Shown here: piece by piece, positions 8,486 to 16,899 of the stretch | Numbering within the stretch: the first letter of the stretch is position 1 | Layout of the letters: each line of letters starts with the position of its first letter | From: Phycisphaerae bacterium | GTDB lineage: Bacteria > Planctomycetota > Phycisphaerae > UBA1845 > PWPN01 | Assembly: GCA_012729395.1 (NCBI GenBank) | Contig: JAAYDF010000097.1 | Location: forward strand, 4,487 to 68,486 | Direction: 5' to 3' | DNA length: 64,000 bases | Program-made: the position numbers and the translations under genes | Notes under the pieces: model-generated | What the model was told of the DNA's origin: nothing | The model's input: the letters and a program-made list of their open reading frames with translations, nothing else | Database searches by the model: none

Positions 8486-11400
8486 CTAAGGGCAATCCAT
8501 CGCGGCCGTGTTCAGCCGGTTTCGCGTTGCCACCAGATCAAACACATTGATCACGCCGTCCACGTTGATGTCTCGTGTGAAGTTGCCGGCGTCCACAGGC
8601 TGATTCAGCGTATTCCGTATGGCGACCAAGTCGAAGATATTCACCTGTCCATCGTTTGTGGCGTCGGCCTGCAGCACGCGGAAGCACAGGATTTCCGTCG
8701 CGACAGCTGACGCGTTGCCCGCGTCTGCGATGCCGGGGAACGACAGGGTGACAGCGCCCGGCCCGCCCGCGTTTTCCAGTTCAACAGCGAGTTCGTGGCC
8801 GGCTGGGGCGAGCGAGGTTACCGTTCCCTGGCTTGTTTGGACATCGGCAGACGCACCGGTCAGCAGTTGGAAGAGCCTGTCGAAAGTCACGATCACCTCG
8901 GTCGGGCCACTCTGCCGGCTTTCTATGGCGGTCGGCTGGGATACGTTGATATCGAAAGGCCCGGCCTGTCCGTGAACCTTGCGCGAAACCGCCGAGACAA
9001 TGGCCGGCGGCGCCGCCACCGTCAGAGCGGCATTGTTCGAGATGACGCTTCCACCGTCTCCCGTCACCACACAGCGGTATTCACCGGCGTCCTCAAGCTC
9101 AACCGGGCTGATGTGCAGCGTCGCCGAGGTGACGCCGGCCAATCTCGGGCCGTTGGTGAGATCCGCTTGGTTCTTCTGCCACTGGTAGCTGAGCGTGCTC
9201 TCACCGGTAGCCTGGACAGTGAACGTCGCCGCGCCGCCGAGACAGACGTTTTGTGCGACGGGGTGCTGGGTGATGGTCGGCGGGATGACGCTTCCGCTGA
9301 TGAACAACCACCGCACGGCGTCCGCGCGGAGGGCGGTGGAGCCGGTGCCCGCGGTCGATCCGGTCGTGGTGATCGTGACCGTGTATGTACCACCCGCATC
9401 GAGCGTATACTGGCCCAGCGAGTTCCACCGCGTAGAGTAGCCGGCGTTCGAGTTGTTGTTCTGATCCACATGCACGTCGGTTGATCCATCGGCATGGCTG
9501 ATGATGTGGTGGGCGCTGGTCGGGGTGTTGGTCGACAGCGGGCCGGTCACGAACATCTCGTACAGTCCCGTGGTGCTGGAGGTGAAGCTGAAAATCGCGT
9601 CTTGCCCCGCGGTGCTGATGTAAGCCAATCGACTGCCGATGCCCGCGGTGACGCCGGGCGCGGTGCTCTTGGCCGTGCTGCTGGACCAGGAGCCGGTCTC
9701 GGAGTAGTTGGCGTAGTTCTGCCCGCCGGAGCGGCTTTCCACGATGAACTCGGTGGGGCCGGTACTTTGCAGGGAGAGCATCGCTTCGTTGGAGAGCGTT
9801 GTTCCATACTCATTGGTCACCGCGCAGCGATATAGTCCCACGTCATCGGCGTCTACGTTCGAGACGGTCAAAGTGGTTGTTGTGACCCCGAAGTAGTGTC
9901 CACCGTCGTTGAGGTTGGCGCCATCCTTACGCCACCTGTAGCTGATCGTGCCCTCACCCGTTGCCGCTACGGTGAAAGTCGTTGTCGCGCCCGGGGCCAC
10001 GGTCTGAGGCTGTGGATGCAGGGTGATGGTCGGCGGATTGCCGCTGCTTGCGGAGACCCGTTCCCATTTGACCGCGTCGCAGCGCATGACCAGGCTGTCG
10101 CGATGGGTGGCGTCGGTTTGCGTGACCCGGTATTCGACACCGGCGGTGAGCGTGAACTCGCCCAGCAGATTCCAGTTGTTCCGCCCGCAGGGGTTGGAGT
10201 CCGCGTTGGTGTCCAGGACGATGCTGGCCGACCCGCCGGCGTGTGTGACCACGTGCTCGACGACGCGACTGGCGTTGGTGGAGGTAGGCCAGGCGGCGAA
10301 TACCCTGTACGTGCCGGTCACGGCGGGGGTATAGCGGTAGATGGCCTCATGCCCGCCCGTTGAGTAGGCCAGCCGGTGTCCGATACCCGCGGTGGTGTCC
10401 CACAGGTTGCTCTTGACCGCTGAATCGCTGAACGAGCCGACCTCCGAGTAGTGCGCGTAATTCTTGCCGCCCGGCCGACTTTCCACAACGAAGGTCGTCG
10501 GATCGCTGGTCTGATTGACCAAGGCGATGTAGTGGCCCCAGTCCCAGCCTCGTCCGGGGTCGGTGTGCGAGCCTGAGAGCAGGCATTCGGTCACGTCGAT
10601 GTGCCCAATGATGCCCGGCGGTTGGCGTCGTTTCTCCTTGGCAATGCCCCAGCGGTCGCACATGTCCCGCACGCACGCCGCCGATCCCACGTACATGGCC
10701 TCGGGATGGCTCGTGTCGCCGGTGTAGCCGGCATGCTCCAGGCCGATGCTGCGATTGTTGGCGGCATTACCGTGAAAGGCGATGTGCTTCTCGCACACCA
10801 TTTGGTACACCGTACCGTCCAGATCGACCACGTATTGCGTGGATACACCCGAGCTGCAGTTGCGGAACCAACTGATCGTCCCCGCGGCCGAGCCCTCGGC
10901 TACATGGATGATCACCGTGTCTTTGTCGCTGTTGGTCGTGCTGTAGTTGCAGCTTGCCGCCGGTGTCCAAATGGCGGGGGCGTAATCGGGATTGCCGCAG
11001 CTGGCGGGTGATACCTCCGGCAGCAGAGTCGGCGGCACCAGGGCGTCGATGTCGATCTCGATCCAGCGGGCTGAAATGGAGAAAGCCTCGCCTCTGCTGT
11101 TCGAGGTGCTGATGCCGCGGCCAAGCAGACTGAATACCGTGCGAGCGAAAAGTCGGCTGGACTCGTCGTCCAAACCCGCGTAGCGGATCACGACCGGCAG
11201 CCATGCCTCGATTCCCGCTTGGCGGTCAATCCGCTCCTCGCGGGCATATTCGTCGAGCACTGCCGCGGCCCCGCGGACATTCGCGGCGGGGTCCGTCTTG
11301 AGATCCTCGCTGTCGATGCCCGTCAGGGCGGCCGCGAGGTCCAGCGAATCGCCTCCCATCTTGTTACGCCGCAAAGCCATGACCCCGTAGCCCCATTCGA

Positions 11401-11683
11401 CGGTCGGCACAGCCCCACGATCCTCAAAACCGCTGCCGATTTGCCCGAGCACCAGGAGCAGTTCCAAGGGCACGCGGTACTCCACCGCGGCGGCGGCGAA
11501 CACTGGTCCGAGCGGATTGTCGCAGTGACCTTGGCTCGGTAGCGACGCCGCGGGCTCGCTCGTGAAGTCGCCGTCCAGTCCCAGGTGAGTGACGGGGCTT
11601 TCCAACGCCTCCGCAGCCCGTACAGGTACCGCAACGAGCACAACCGCAGCGACACACACTGCTGTCATCAACAAGCGACGCAT
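8486..11683 (-). CDS. Giant secreted modular protein: possible SLT-like region, N-acetylmuramoyl-L-alanine amidase (Amidase_2/PGRP) domain, 2 golvesin-C-like modules alternating with 2 Ig repeats, type-I dockerin
   Basis: 1065-aa ORF with signal peptide MRRLLMTAVCVAAVVLVAVPVRA. Amidase_2 block: DTVIIHVAEGSAAGTISWF....VSTQYVVDLDGTVYQMV.EKHIAFHGN.ANNRSIGLEHAG...GIIGHIDV....GSHTDPGRGWDW. The golvesin-like and Ig modules are as in the downstream gene. The C-terminal dockerin repeats are DATNDGQVNIFDLVAIRN and DINVDGVINVFDLVATRN. Its stop lies 10 nt before the start of the 4435-8475 gene, so co-transcription is likely. Confidence 0.85.
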   Translation of the reverse strand: MRRLLMTAVCVAAVVLVAVPVRAAEALESPVTHLGLDGDFTSEPAASLPSQGHCDNPLGPVFAAAAVEYRVPLELLLVLGQIGSGFEDRGAVPTVEWGYGVMALRRNKMGGDSLDLAAALTGIDSEDLKTDPAANVRGAAAVLDEYAREERIDRQAGIEAWLPVVIRYAGLDDESSRLFARTVFSLLGRGISTSNSRGEAFSISARWIEIDIDALVPPTLLPEVSPASCGNPDYAPAIWTPAASCNYSTTNSDKDTVIIHVAEGSAAGTISWFRNCSSGVSTQYVVDLDGTVYQMVCEKHIAFHGNAANNRSIGLEHAGYTGDTSHPEAMYVGSAACVRDMCDRWGIAKEKRRQPPGIIGHIDVTECLLSGSHTDPGRGWDWGHYIALVNQTSDPTTFVVESRPGGKNYAHYSEVGSFSDSAVKSNLWDTTAGIGHRLAYSTGGHEAIYRYTPAVTGTYRVFAAWPTSTNASRVVEHVVTHAGGSASIVLDTNADSNPCGRNNWNLLGEFTLTAGVEYRVTQTDATHRDSLVMRCDAVKWERVSASSGNPPTITLHPQPQTVAPGATTTFTVAATGEGTISYRWRKDGANLNDGGHYFGVTTTTLTVSNVDADDVGLYRCAVTNEYGTTLSNEAMLSLQSTGPTEFIVESRSGGQNYANYSETGSWSSSTAKSTAPGVTAGIGSRLAYISTAGQDAIFSFTSSTTGLYEMFVTGPLSTNTPTSAHHIISHADGSTDVHVDQNNNSNAGYSTRWNSLGQYTLDAGGTYTVTITTTGSTAGTGSTALRADAVRWLFISGSVIPPTITQHPVAQNVCLGGAATFTVQATGESTLSYQWQKNQADLTNGPRLAGVTSATLHISPVELEDAGEYRCVVTGDGGSVISNNAALTVAAPPAIVSAVSRKVHGQAGPFDINVSQPTAIESRQSGPTEVIVTFDRLFQLLTGASADVQTSQGTVTSLAPAGHELAVELENAGGPGAVTLSFPGIADAGNASAVATEILCFRVLQADATNDGQVNIFDLVAIRNTLNQPVDAGNFTRDINVDGVINVFDLVATRNRLNTAAMDCP

Positions 11684-11979
11684 GCCTGGCGTCTCCGACG
11701 GAGCGTTATGAAATCCGCGACTGGAGCCCTATGGTAGCATCCCACTGCTGGTTCTGTCAACGGGGCAACAGTAGACCCTTTTCCGCTGTGCCTGACGTAA
11801 GCCGCGGCACATCTGCTCTGTTTCTCGGACCCTTTGAGCGACCCGGGGGTGCGGGCCGCTCGTACCGCCAGGCACTGCACGCACTGGCCCCGCTGCGGCG
11901 TCTCTGGCGGCCGTGGGCACTCCGAGCAATCTCATGGGTCACCCGAGCGGATGACCGATACGAGCAGCCGTGAGGGTCG

Positions 11980-14100
11980 CTACTCGGTGGGCTCGGGGTT
12001 GACGGACAGGAGGCCGGCGACCCTGGCTGCAAAGAGGGTGCGGTAGCGAGAGTCGAGCTGTTCGCGCAGCGCGGGATCGGCGGTTACCACGACCAGACGG
12101 GGGAGCTCGACCGTGCCCAGGTCCAGTGTCGCCTGGTGACCGTCGCATGTGATGGGTAACGGCTCGACGCCTCGGTTGTGAATCTCGAACGCGTCACGTG
12201 CGGCCAGCCACGCCGGAAGGGACACTCGCACCTGAACCTTTTCCAGCGGGGTGATGACTGTGCCCTCGCGGTCATTGGCGTACTGCTCGTTGACGGCGAC
12301 GAGGAGCAGCGTGTCCTGCCCGACGAGCAGACAACGGGTCCACAAGGCAGCGGGTGGCTCGACGGGTATCGAACTGGGGCATGCGCACCGAAGCAGGGGG
12401 GCCGCGGTACCTATCTCTGCACCGATGAGCCCGACTTCGCGGCGTAACTTGGCGGCGTCCGGTCTTTTCCCGCCCAGTCCGTGAGCCGGTTTGCCCGGCG
12501 ACCACCACCAGTAGGAGATACCCTTGGCGCCCGCAGCCAAGGCGTAGTATACCTCGATCCGCTTGCCCGCCGGTGTCGGATAACGGAACTCGCGGTTGTT
12601 CTTCTCATCCACATAGGCGTTGGCGTACAGGATGATGTGCGAGGGCTTGGGGGCGGCCGCCGACCGGACGACGCTACTGATCGCGTAGACGAATGTCGAG
12701 CGGGCATAGAGCGGAAGCTGATACGGGTGGTTCCAGTAGGCGGTGCGCAGCCTGGGGTCGTAGTAAGGGTCGGCGAGCAGAACATCCGGCAACTGGCCGT
12801 AAACATAGTAGTTCTGAGGTTTGTAGGTGAGATCGATGTTGAGTAGATGAGGGGCGGCCGGAGCGGTGCTTCGCCATTCATTGCTTTTGGAAATGGCCCA
12901 CTGGGCCAGGCTGCCGACCTCGTGCCCCGGCGGCAGACCGGTGATCTTGGCGTCGCCCGCGTCGGGCTCATCGTGAATGAAGTAGGCGTAGGCGTTCTGG
13001 ATGCCCCATTTGCCAGGGTCACTGAGGACGAAATCCAGGCCTGTGTCGCGGCACAACTGCTGGCCGGCCGTCGTCTTGTAGAACGCGGCGAGAGCCGCGG
13101 AGCCCACCTGCGGCATCTGCGTGTTGACGCTCAGGTCATGCAGCAATCGGATGTGCGCCTGGGCCAAGGCAAGGTCATCCTCTTGGCCGCCCGGCCCGCC
13201 CCACACGCCGTACACGAACGGATCGGCGAAGGCCCGGACACCGGCCCATGCCCCGCGCCCGTCAGCGTAGAGCGCTTGCAGGCCATGCAATGAGCCCCGC
13301 TTGAGCGGTGTGGGGAGATCAAGGATCACAGGTGTTAGCTCGGTGTCCGGATCGGCGACCATGCGACAGCGAGAGGTGACATCCCGGCCGTCGAGGAACA
13401 CTCGCTCAGGCTTGGATCCCGGCGTCTGCGGATCCTTGAGGTAAACGAAGACGCGGGCAAGGCTTTCATCGAGACTCACGCCTTCGATGCGGGGCAGCTT
13501 CTCCTGGATGGCCACAGGAGTCGGCACTCTTTCATTGGCTGCATGGCATTCGACTCGCAGCTCCGCAATCTTCGGCGCATGGCGGAGGCGGATGCTCACT
13601 TCGCCAACACTTCCCGGGGCCACGGTCGGCGGATCAACCCGCCACCAGATTGGCTCTCCCGCGTCCATCAGCGTTTGACGCTCCGTCTCACTCAGTGATG
13701 AGAAGAATATGCTGGCTGGCTTGCGGAGGCGACGCTGGTCCGAGAAGGCGATCGCTTCCCTGAGGCTGATGCCCTGCAAGGTCACGTCCGTGATTGTCAG
13801 AGGCTGCGGGTCGTCGTTGCGGATGAACAGATGCGCCGAGCCGCCGAGGGTCGTGGCCCGCGGGATCGTACGCCCGATCGACTCCGCCCAGTCCTCACCC
13901 AGCAAGCAGTTGTCGCTCCAGAACCGGGCGAACTGCGGGTAGGGCACATCCGCCCGATAATGGCTGCCGAGGAGCTGTGGCGAGGCGGCGACATCCAGCT
14001 CTGTCAGGCAGATCCCCGCGATGACCGCCGACAAGACGACCAGCCGCGAGCAATGTTCGCGGCATCTCCGGATCATGCGGCAAGTTGTCCACTTCGCCAT
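11980..14100 (-). CDS. Hypothetical secreted or membrane-anchored 706-aa protein (possible glycosidase-like fold, family not recognised)
   Basis: Long ORF. ATG 14100 is preceded by AAGGAG with 7-nt spacing. N-terminal hydrophobic segment LVVLSAVIAGICLT. It is co-directional with, and directly upstream of, the amidase giant gene. I recognise no diagnostic motif (FIHDEPD, ISYWWW). Confidence 0.6.
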   Translation of the reverse strand: MAKWTTCRMIRRCREHCSRLVVLSAVIAGICLTELDVAASPQLLGSHYRADVPYPQFARFWSDNCLLGEDWAESIGRTIPRATTLGGSAHLFIRNDDPQPLTITDVTLQGISLREAIAFSDQRRLRKPASIFFSSLSETERQTLMDAGEPIWWRVDPPTVAPGSVGEVSIRLRHAPKIAELRVECHAANERVPTPVAIQEKLPRIEGVSLDESLARVFVYLKDPQTPGSKPERVFLDGRDVTSRCRMVADPDTELTPVILDLPTPLKRGSLHGLQALYADGRGAWAGVRAFADPFVYGVWGGPGGQEDDLALAQAHIRLLHDLSVNTQMPQVGSAALAAFYKTTAGQQLCRDTGLDFVLSDPGKWGIQNAYAYFIHDEPDAGDAKITGLPPGHEVGSLAQWAISKSNEWRSTAPAAPHLLNIDLTYKPQNYYVYGQLPDVLLADPYYDPRLRTAYWNHPYQLPLYARSTFVYAISSVVRSAAAPKPSHIILYANAYVDEKNNREFRYPTPAGKRIEVYYALAAGAKGISYWWWSPGKPAHGLGGKRPDAAKLRREVGLIGAEIGTAAPLLRCACPSSIPVEPPAALWTRCLLVGQDTLLLVAVNEQYANDREGTVITPLEKVQVRVSLPAWLAARDAFEIHNRGVEPLPITCDGHQATLDLGTVELPRLVVVTADPALREQLDSRYRTLFAARVAGLLSVNPEPTE

Positions 14101-14523
14101 GGCTGGTGCTCCTTTGGCATGAATAACGGGTGATGATTGGCCCCCTCGGCGAGCGAGGCTCAGTTGGTGATGCCGGGTCGCTTGGGTGATAGGCTGCGTC
14201 TTGGCCCGTCGAGAACGGCCTCGCTCAGTTCCGTTACATTACCGCCGAAGCGATCGCAAGAACACAGGGCGGTCATCGGTGCGGTCGGTTTTCTGGTGGC
14301 CGTCAAGCATTCCGCGGTCATGCACGCTTCCCGGAACGACCCCGCCTCCCGGCCTTCCGTGCGGCGTTTACAGGCGGTTCGCATTCGGGCGGTGGGCAAG
14401 CTAGAATAACTGATCTGTGGTCGTGGAGCGCGGCTCGGCCGGGGCGAGTGCGTGTGGCCGGGGAGGAGCTTGGGTACGCGGGGCTTGTGCGTTGCCCCGA
14501 CGGCGAGTCTTTTGGAGAACACC

Positions 14524-15570
14524 ATGGGTTTGCGTCATTGGCTGTCAGGCCTCGGGTTGTGTCTGGCGGTGTGCGTGTTGCCGGCCCAAGGGCTGGATGT
14601 GGGCGATCCTGCCCCGCCGCTCAAGATCGCGGAGTGGGTTCGAGGCGGCCCCGTCGACCTCAAGTCGGGCAAGGGCAAGCACATCTACCTCCTGGAGTTC
14701 TGGGCGACTTGGTGCCCGCCGTGCCGCGAGAGCCTGCCGCACTTGTCGGAGATACAGCGCAAGTACAAAGACAAGGGGCTGGTGGTGGTGGCCGTCAGCG
14801 ATGAGCCGGGCAGTGTGATTCGGCCGTTTGTGGAGCGCATGGGCGAGAAGATGGATTTCGTTGTGGCCGCCGATGATCGCCAATCGACATGGCAGACTTA
14901 TCTGGGGGGTCTGGGGGCACAGGGGATTCCCCATTCCTGCATCGTGGACAAGAGCGGGATTGTCGTTTGGCATGGTTCGCCGTTTGAGGATCTGGACCAG
15001 GTGGTCGGGCAGATCCTGTCCGGCAAATACGACATCGAGGCGGCGAAGCTGGCGGCCAAGGCGGGTCGGCTGCTGAACGATTACTTTCAAACGCTGATGC
15101 AGGCCCGGTTTACGCTGGAGGCGGCACAGCGAGAGGAATTGGGCAAGCAAGCTAAGCGAATCAGTGCGGAATTCCTCAAGGCAGCGGCGAAGAACCCGGA
15201 CCTGCTCGGTGCGCTGGCTTGGAACATCTTGTCGTGGGAAGACGCGTCCGCAAGGGATTATGACCTGGCTGTGCAGGCGGCAAAGGCCGCCTTCGATGGC
15301 GCGAAAGAGACCGCGCCGAGCGATTTGGCGGCCTCGATCGCGCATGTCTACGCCCGCACGCTGTGGGAGACCGGCCAGAAGGCCGAGGCCGTCCGCGTGC
15401 AGAAGCAGGCGGTCGAGTGGGGCAAGGATCCGCAGCTCATCCCCGAGTTGCGGGAAGCTTTGAAACGCTACGAGGAGGGGGCCGGTAACCCCAGTTCGCG
15501 ACCGGCCTCGCAGCCGGCAGCCAGTGGCCCGGCGTCCGCACCGGCGGCCGCGCGGGTCAGTTCGAACTGA
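14524..15570 (+). CDS. Secreted TlpA/redoxin-type thioredoxin-like protein with a helical C-terminal domain
   Basis: Start ATG 14524 (GGAGAA upstream) gives MGLRHWLSGLGLCLAVCVLPAQG, a signal peptide. Thioredoxin-fold motif YLLEFWATWCPPCRESLPHL...GLVVVAVS. The C-terminal ~170 aa are Ala/Lys-rich and helical. Confidence 0.8.
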   Translation: MGLRHWLSGLGLCLAVCVLPAQGLDVGDPAPPLKIAEWVRGGPVDLKSGKGKHIYLLEFWATWCPPCRESLPHLSEIQRKYKDKGLVVVAVSDEPGSVIRPFVERMGEKMDFVVAADDRQSTWQTYLGGLGAQGIPHSCIVDKSGIVVWHGSPFEDLDQVVGQILSGKYDIEAAKLAAKAGRLLNDYFQTLMQARFTLEAAQREELGKQAKRISAEFLKAAAKNPDLLGALAWNILSWEDASARDYDLAVQAAKAAFDGAKETAPSDLAASIAHVYARTLWETGQKAEAVRVQKQAVEWGKDPQLIPELREALKRYEEGAGNPSSRPASQPAASGPASAPAAARVSSN

Positions 15571-15572
15571 CC
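15555..15572. repeat. 18-bp perfect palindrome GGTCAGTTCGAACTGACC spanning the overlapping stop codons of two convergent genes
   Basis: Read directly. The sequence equals its own reverse complement. The plus-strand gene ends ...VSSN-TGA (15568-15570). The minus-strand gene ends ...VSSN-TGA (15559-15557). Confidence 0.95.
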
Positions 15573-16693
15573 GGCCAGAGCTGCTCTGCGGTCTCCATCT
15601 CCAGCACGGTTTCGATGGGGTCTTCCAGCTCCCAGAAGAAATCCAGGCCGGTGTGCAGCTCGATCTCGTCGATGCTGGTTAGGTAATCTTCCAGGTTGCC
15701 ATCAACTTGTTCCGCATTGGGCATCATGAAGGCCAGGGCCCGGAGCGCAGCGGTCTCCTCGTCTTCGTCAAGCACGATCATGAAGCAGTGACTGGGTACG
15801 GCCACGCGGGATGGCAACGGGGTACGCGCCTCGGCGTAGATCGGCCCGAGCACTATCCAAACCTCCTTGTTGTCCTTGGACCAGGAGGGGGCATCCGGCC
15901 GATGGCCGGAAATGCGAGACTCGAGTTGGCCCCATCGGCCGCGGTTGAGGTTCGGGGTTTGCGGGCAGATGTTGGACATGAGGAAGGTCTCGAGCTGGGC
16001 CTCTTTGCCGAACCGCGAGTAGATCGCGTAGCTGGGGGCCATGTGTCCGCGGTCGAACCCGGAGTTGGTGTAGTCTTCGTGGCGGACGCGGGCTTCGGTG
16101 CGGTCGTCGGCACGAAACCGGCTTGGCCGCGTGTGCTCGGTGAACCGCACCTCGCCGGGCAGACGATACGCGACCCATGCGGGGTTGCGGCGGTCCTCGT
16201 CGTAGCCGATCAGGAAAGCGAGGTTCTCAAGGATACGCAGCTCCGGCCGACCGGCGGGTACGCCCGCGTAGACGAATCGGCCGCCCAGTGGTTTGGCCGG
16301 TGGGGCGGGAGCATCGGCGGGTGGCGGCACGGTGGGCGGCGAGGGTTGTGGATCGGCGGGTGCCGCGGCTCTGGGCTGTGCGGCGGGCGGGCGAGTGGCA
16401 GGCGGAGGAGGCGGTGTCGATGAACGAGCTTCGGCAGGCACGTCCGCCCAGCGGGGAGCGGTCTCCTTCGCGGGTGCCGCCTGCGGCGCAGACTCACCGT
16501 GCCGCCTGCCCGGTTCGGCAGTCGATCCATCCTGTGGCCGCCCAGTGACGCCGATGGTCCACGCTCGACCAGGGCCACGATCCTCCGTCCGGCCGTGTTC
16601 CCGTGGCGGATGCGGAGCCTGGCAACCGCCCAAGCCCAGGGCGATCAGCAGCACCCATGCGTAGATTCCTATTCCCGTCCAGCGGTCGTGCAT
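15557..16693 (-). CDS. Secreted DNA/RNA non-specific endonuclease (Serratia NucA family), probable lipoprotein with a Pro/Ala-rich linker
   Basis: Active-site motif NSGFDRGHMAPS, plus NICPQ and later family blocks. The N-terminus MHDRWTGIGIYAWVLLIALGLGGCQ has a lipobox-like LGGC. Start is ATG 16693 (GGGGGAG SD 6 nt upstream) or 16699. A ~110-aa P/A-rich low-complexity linker follows. Confidence 0.8.
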   Translation of the reverse strand: MHDRWTGIGIYAWVLLIALGLGGCQAPHPPREHGRTEDRGPGRAWTIGVTGRPQDGSTAEPGRRHGESAPQAAPAKETAPRWADVPAEARSSTPPPPPATRPPAAQPRAAAPADPQPSPPTVPPPADAPAPPAKPLGGRFVYAGVPAGRPELRILENLAFLIGYDEDRRNPAWVAYRLPGEVRFTEHTRPSRFRADDRTEARVRHEDYTNSGFDRGHMAPSYAIYSRFGKEAQLETFLMSNICPQTPNLNRGRWGQLESRISGHRPDAPSWSKDNKEVWIVLGPIYAEARTPLPSRVAVPSHCFMIVLDEDEETAALRALAFMMPNAEQVDGNLEDYLTSIDEIELHTGLDFFWELEDPIETVLEMETAEQLWPVSSN

Positions 16694-16899
16694 GTTCATC
16701 TCCCCCGTGATTGTCCGTTCGCGGCAGGTCATCATACCACATCGGATGCGGTTTGGCCTCGCACCCGCCGACTTCATATGTATCAGAGGGGCCGCGATAA
16801 CAACGGCAAGCGGTCGGCTGGTTCGGGAACGACGCCCACGAACGGGCTTGCCGCTTTGCGGAGCAGGCGTACAGGTGGAGCGCGGCCAAAAGATTCTTA

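Noticed and set aside
4663-10039. Considered whether the variable Ig repeats are targets of a diversity-generating retroelement or phase variation
   Set aside because: There is no reverse transcriptase, template repeat or invertible-element signature (recombinase or flanking inverted repeats) in the window. The repeat divergence looks like ordinary paralog drift.
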